From contig JANNOG010000111.1 of NCBI GenBank assembly GCA_031398915.1, forward strand, positions 4,108-68,107: DNA of 64,000 nucleotides, read 5' to 3'. Source of the DNA: Micrococcales bacterium. Its GTDB lineage: Bacteria > Actinomycetota > Actinomycetes > Actinomycetales > JBBAYJ01. This document shows positions 62,876 through 64,000 of this stretch, one piece after another. The notes beneath the pieces are model-generated. The model did no database searches. It saw only the letters and a list, made by a program, of their open reading frames with translations, and had not been told where the DNA came from. The translations under genes were made by a program, and so were the position numbers. Position 1 is the first letter of the stretch; each line of letters opens with the position of its first letter.

Positions 62876-63819
62876 TACTGGGCCACGAGGACCCTGCGGG
62901 CCGTCACGACGGATGCGACAGCCACTGCGGCCGGCAGGGCGACCAGCACCGCGACCATCACCCATGTCAGTGCGTCGGGCGCCACCACGGACTGGCCACG
63001 GAGGGCCTGAACCGCGGCCGTGATCATCAAGCCGCCGTAGGCAACGGCCGAGGCGACGATGGCACGCCGTTGATCGGCGGCGTTCGAGCTCACGATGTCG
63101 CGACTGGCCAACCATCCCATCACCAGGGCCAGCAACGGCAACACCTGCAGCGCGTGCAGACCGATGAAATGGACGACTCGCATGTCACCGAACTCGGTGG
63201 ACCAGCCCAGTAGCGGTAGTCCTGCACCGCCGTCTGCGCCACCGACGGCGTGGCCGCCGATCGTCGTGGCACCGGCCTCGATCTGGCCGGGCATCGGTCG
63301 AGTCATGGTGAATCCGGTGACAGCGCCGGCAACCATCATGAATACGGCGATCTTCATGGCGAGCGCGAGCGCGCTGTCACCCAGGTCCTTCCGGGCCACG
63401 ATCACACCTGCAACGGTCGTGACGACGGCGAACGTACCGATTCCGGCGGCCATCGCCTGAAAGATCGCCGCGTCGAGGAGTGTCGTGTAATTGAAATGGG
63501 ACGCCACCCCCCGCGCTGCCTGTGCGGTGATGAGCAGGATCTCGACGATCATCGACCAACCGAGGACTTCGAGCAGGACGCGCAATCGAGGACCGCTCCC
63601 GGCGCGGGAGAAGATCCACAGCAGGGCCGGTCCGAAGGCCAAGAACGACAGGGCGAATTTGATCGGCTTGTTCCACACCGGAGCGCCGTTGACAACCGTG
63701 TCGTCGACAACGCCCATGACCAGCGCGACAAGCAGGACGGCAAGGTTGAGAGCGGTCAAGACAGTGATCGCCGGGCTCACCGACCATGCGGCGCGTCCCC
63801 ATCGAGTTACGGCACTCAT
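62875..63819 (-). CDS. Polytopic integral membrane protein of unknown function
   Basis: 314 aa with about 8 hydrophobic segments. The ATG overlaps the stop of the upstream membrane-protein gene (ATGA at 63816..63819). Confidence 0.75.
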   Translation of the reverse strand: MSAVTRWGRAAWSVSPAITVLTALNLAVLLVALVMGVVDDTVVNGAPVWNKPIKFALSFLAFGPALLWIFSRAGSGPRLRVLLEVLGWSMIVEILLITAQAARGVASHFNYTTLLDAAIFQAMAAGIGTFAVVTTVAGVIVARKDLGDSALALAMKIAVFMMVAGAVTGFTMTRPMPGQIEAGATTIGGHAVGGADGGAGLPLLGWSTEFGDMRVVHFIGLHALQVLPLLALVMGWLASRDIVSSNAADQRRAIVASAVAYGGLMITAAVQALRGQSVVAPDALTWVMVAVLVALPAAVAVASVVTARRVLVAQ

Positions 63820-64000
63820 GCTGTCGCAACCGAACCGGTTCGCAACGCCGCGTTCAGGTGACGGTGGCGCAGCGCGAGGAAGAGCGGGAAGGCGAAGGCG
63901 ATGGCGACGACGACACCTGACACGACGAGGAGCAGCGCAACGAGCGGACGCATGCCCACCCGGCGAGCCTCGACGATCATGAAGACGCTGGCAGCGACCG
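63816..64000 (-). CDS. Small membrane protein, C-terminal part (DUF2834-like); the gene continues past the right edge
   Basis: My translation is ...[60 protein letters not shown]-stop. It is not in the ORF track because the start lies outside the window. Confidence 0.55.
   Translation of the reverse strand, partial: VAASVFMIVEARRVGMRPLVALLLVVSGVVVAIAFAFPLFLALRHRHLNAALRTGSVATA

Overview
This is a dense, high-G+C chromosomal window from an Actinomycetota genome. The lineage markers are a WhiB regulator, a mycothiol-type class III alcohol dehydrogenase paired with an MBL hydrolase, F420 biosynthesis genes and an ECF42 sigma factor. I support about 55 protein-coding genes, one frameshifted RHS toxin gene, and a handful of repeats and regulatory sites. 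I found no rRNA, tRNA, CRISPR array, integrase or prophage.

Contents from left to right:
- a disrupted RHS/YD polymorphic-toxin gene whose lower-G+C C-terminal domain runs off the left edge
- an fbiC-cofD (F420) operon in which fbiC is bracketed by two paralogous ~111-aa proteins
- an AMP-ligase + nitroreductase operon, and a cytosolic GAF-PAS two-component system
- a gamma-glutamyl-amine / N-methylglutamate-synthase-like cluster (GS-like, GATase-II, GXGXG, FMN glutamate-synthase-like, FAD oxidoreductase)
- a csoR-copZ-copA copper operon, with a 15-bp in-frame VNTR inside copA
- a 10.2-kb gene for a 3396-aa wall-anchored protein built from 26 tandem ~105-aa repeats
- efflux and regulator genes (MFS, DGPF-ECF42, TetR-VOC-MFS)
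- an Rpn nuclease / GNAT islet and an M36 fungalysin-type peptidase
- a PucR-methyltransferase-GtrA-GT2-epimerase cluster
- hydrolases, WhiB, CoA ligases, and a mycothiol formaldehyde-detoxification pair
- a translationally coupled membrane-membrane-SNase/lamin-tail-domain operon at the right edge

The best candidates for something undescribed are:
1. the paralogous small proteins coupled to fbiC
2. the membrane + membrane + SNase-LTD operon
3. the orphan RHS C-terminal module
4. the A/B-alternating super-repeat adhesin

All functional calls come from reading motifs in the supplied translations and from my own translation of unlisted frames. No database search was run.
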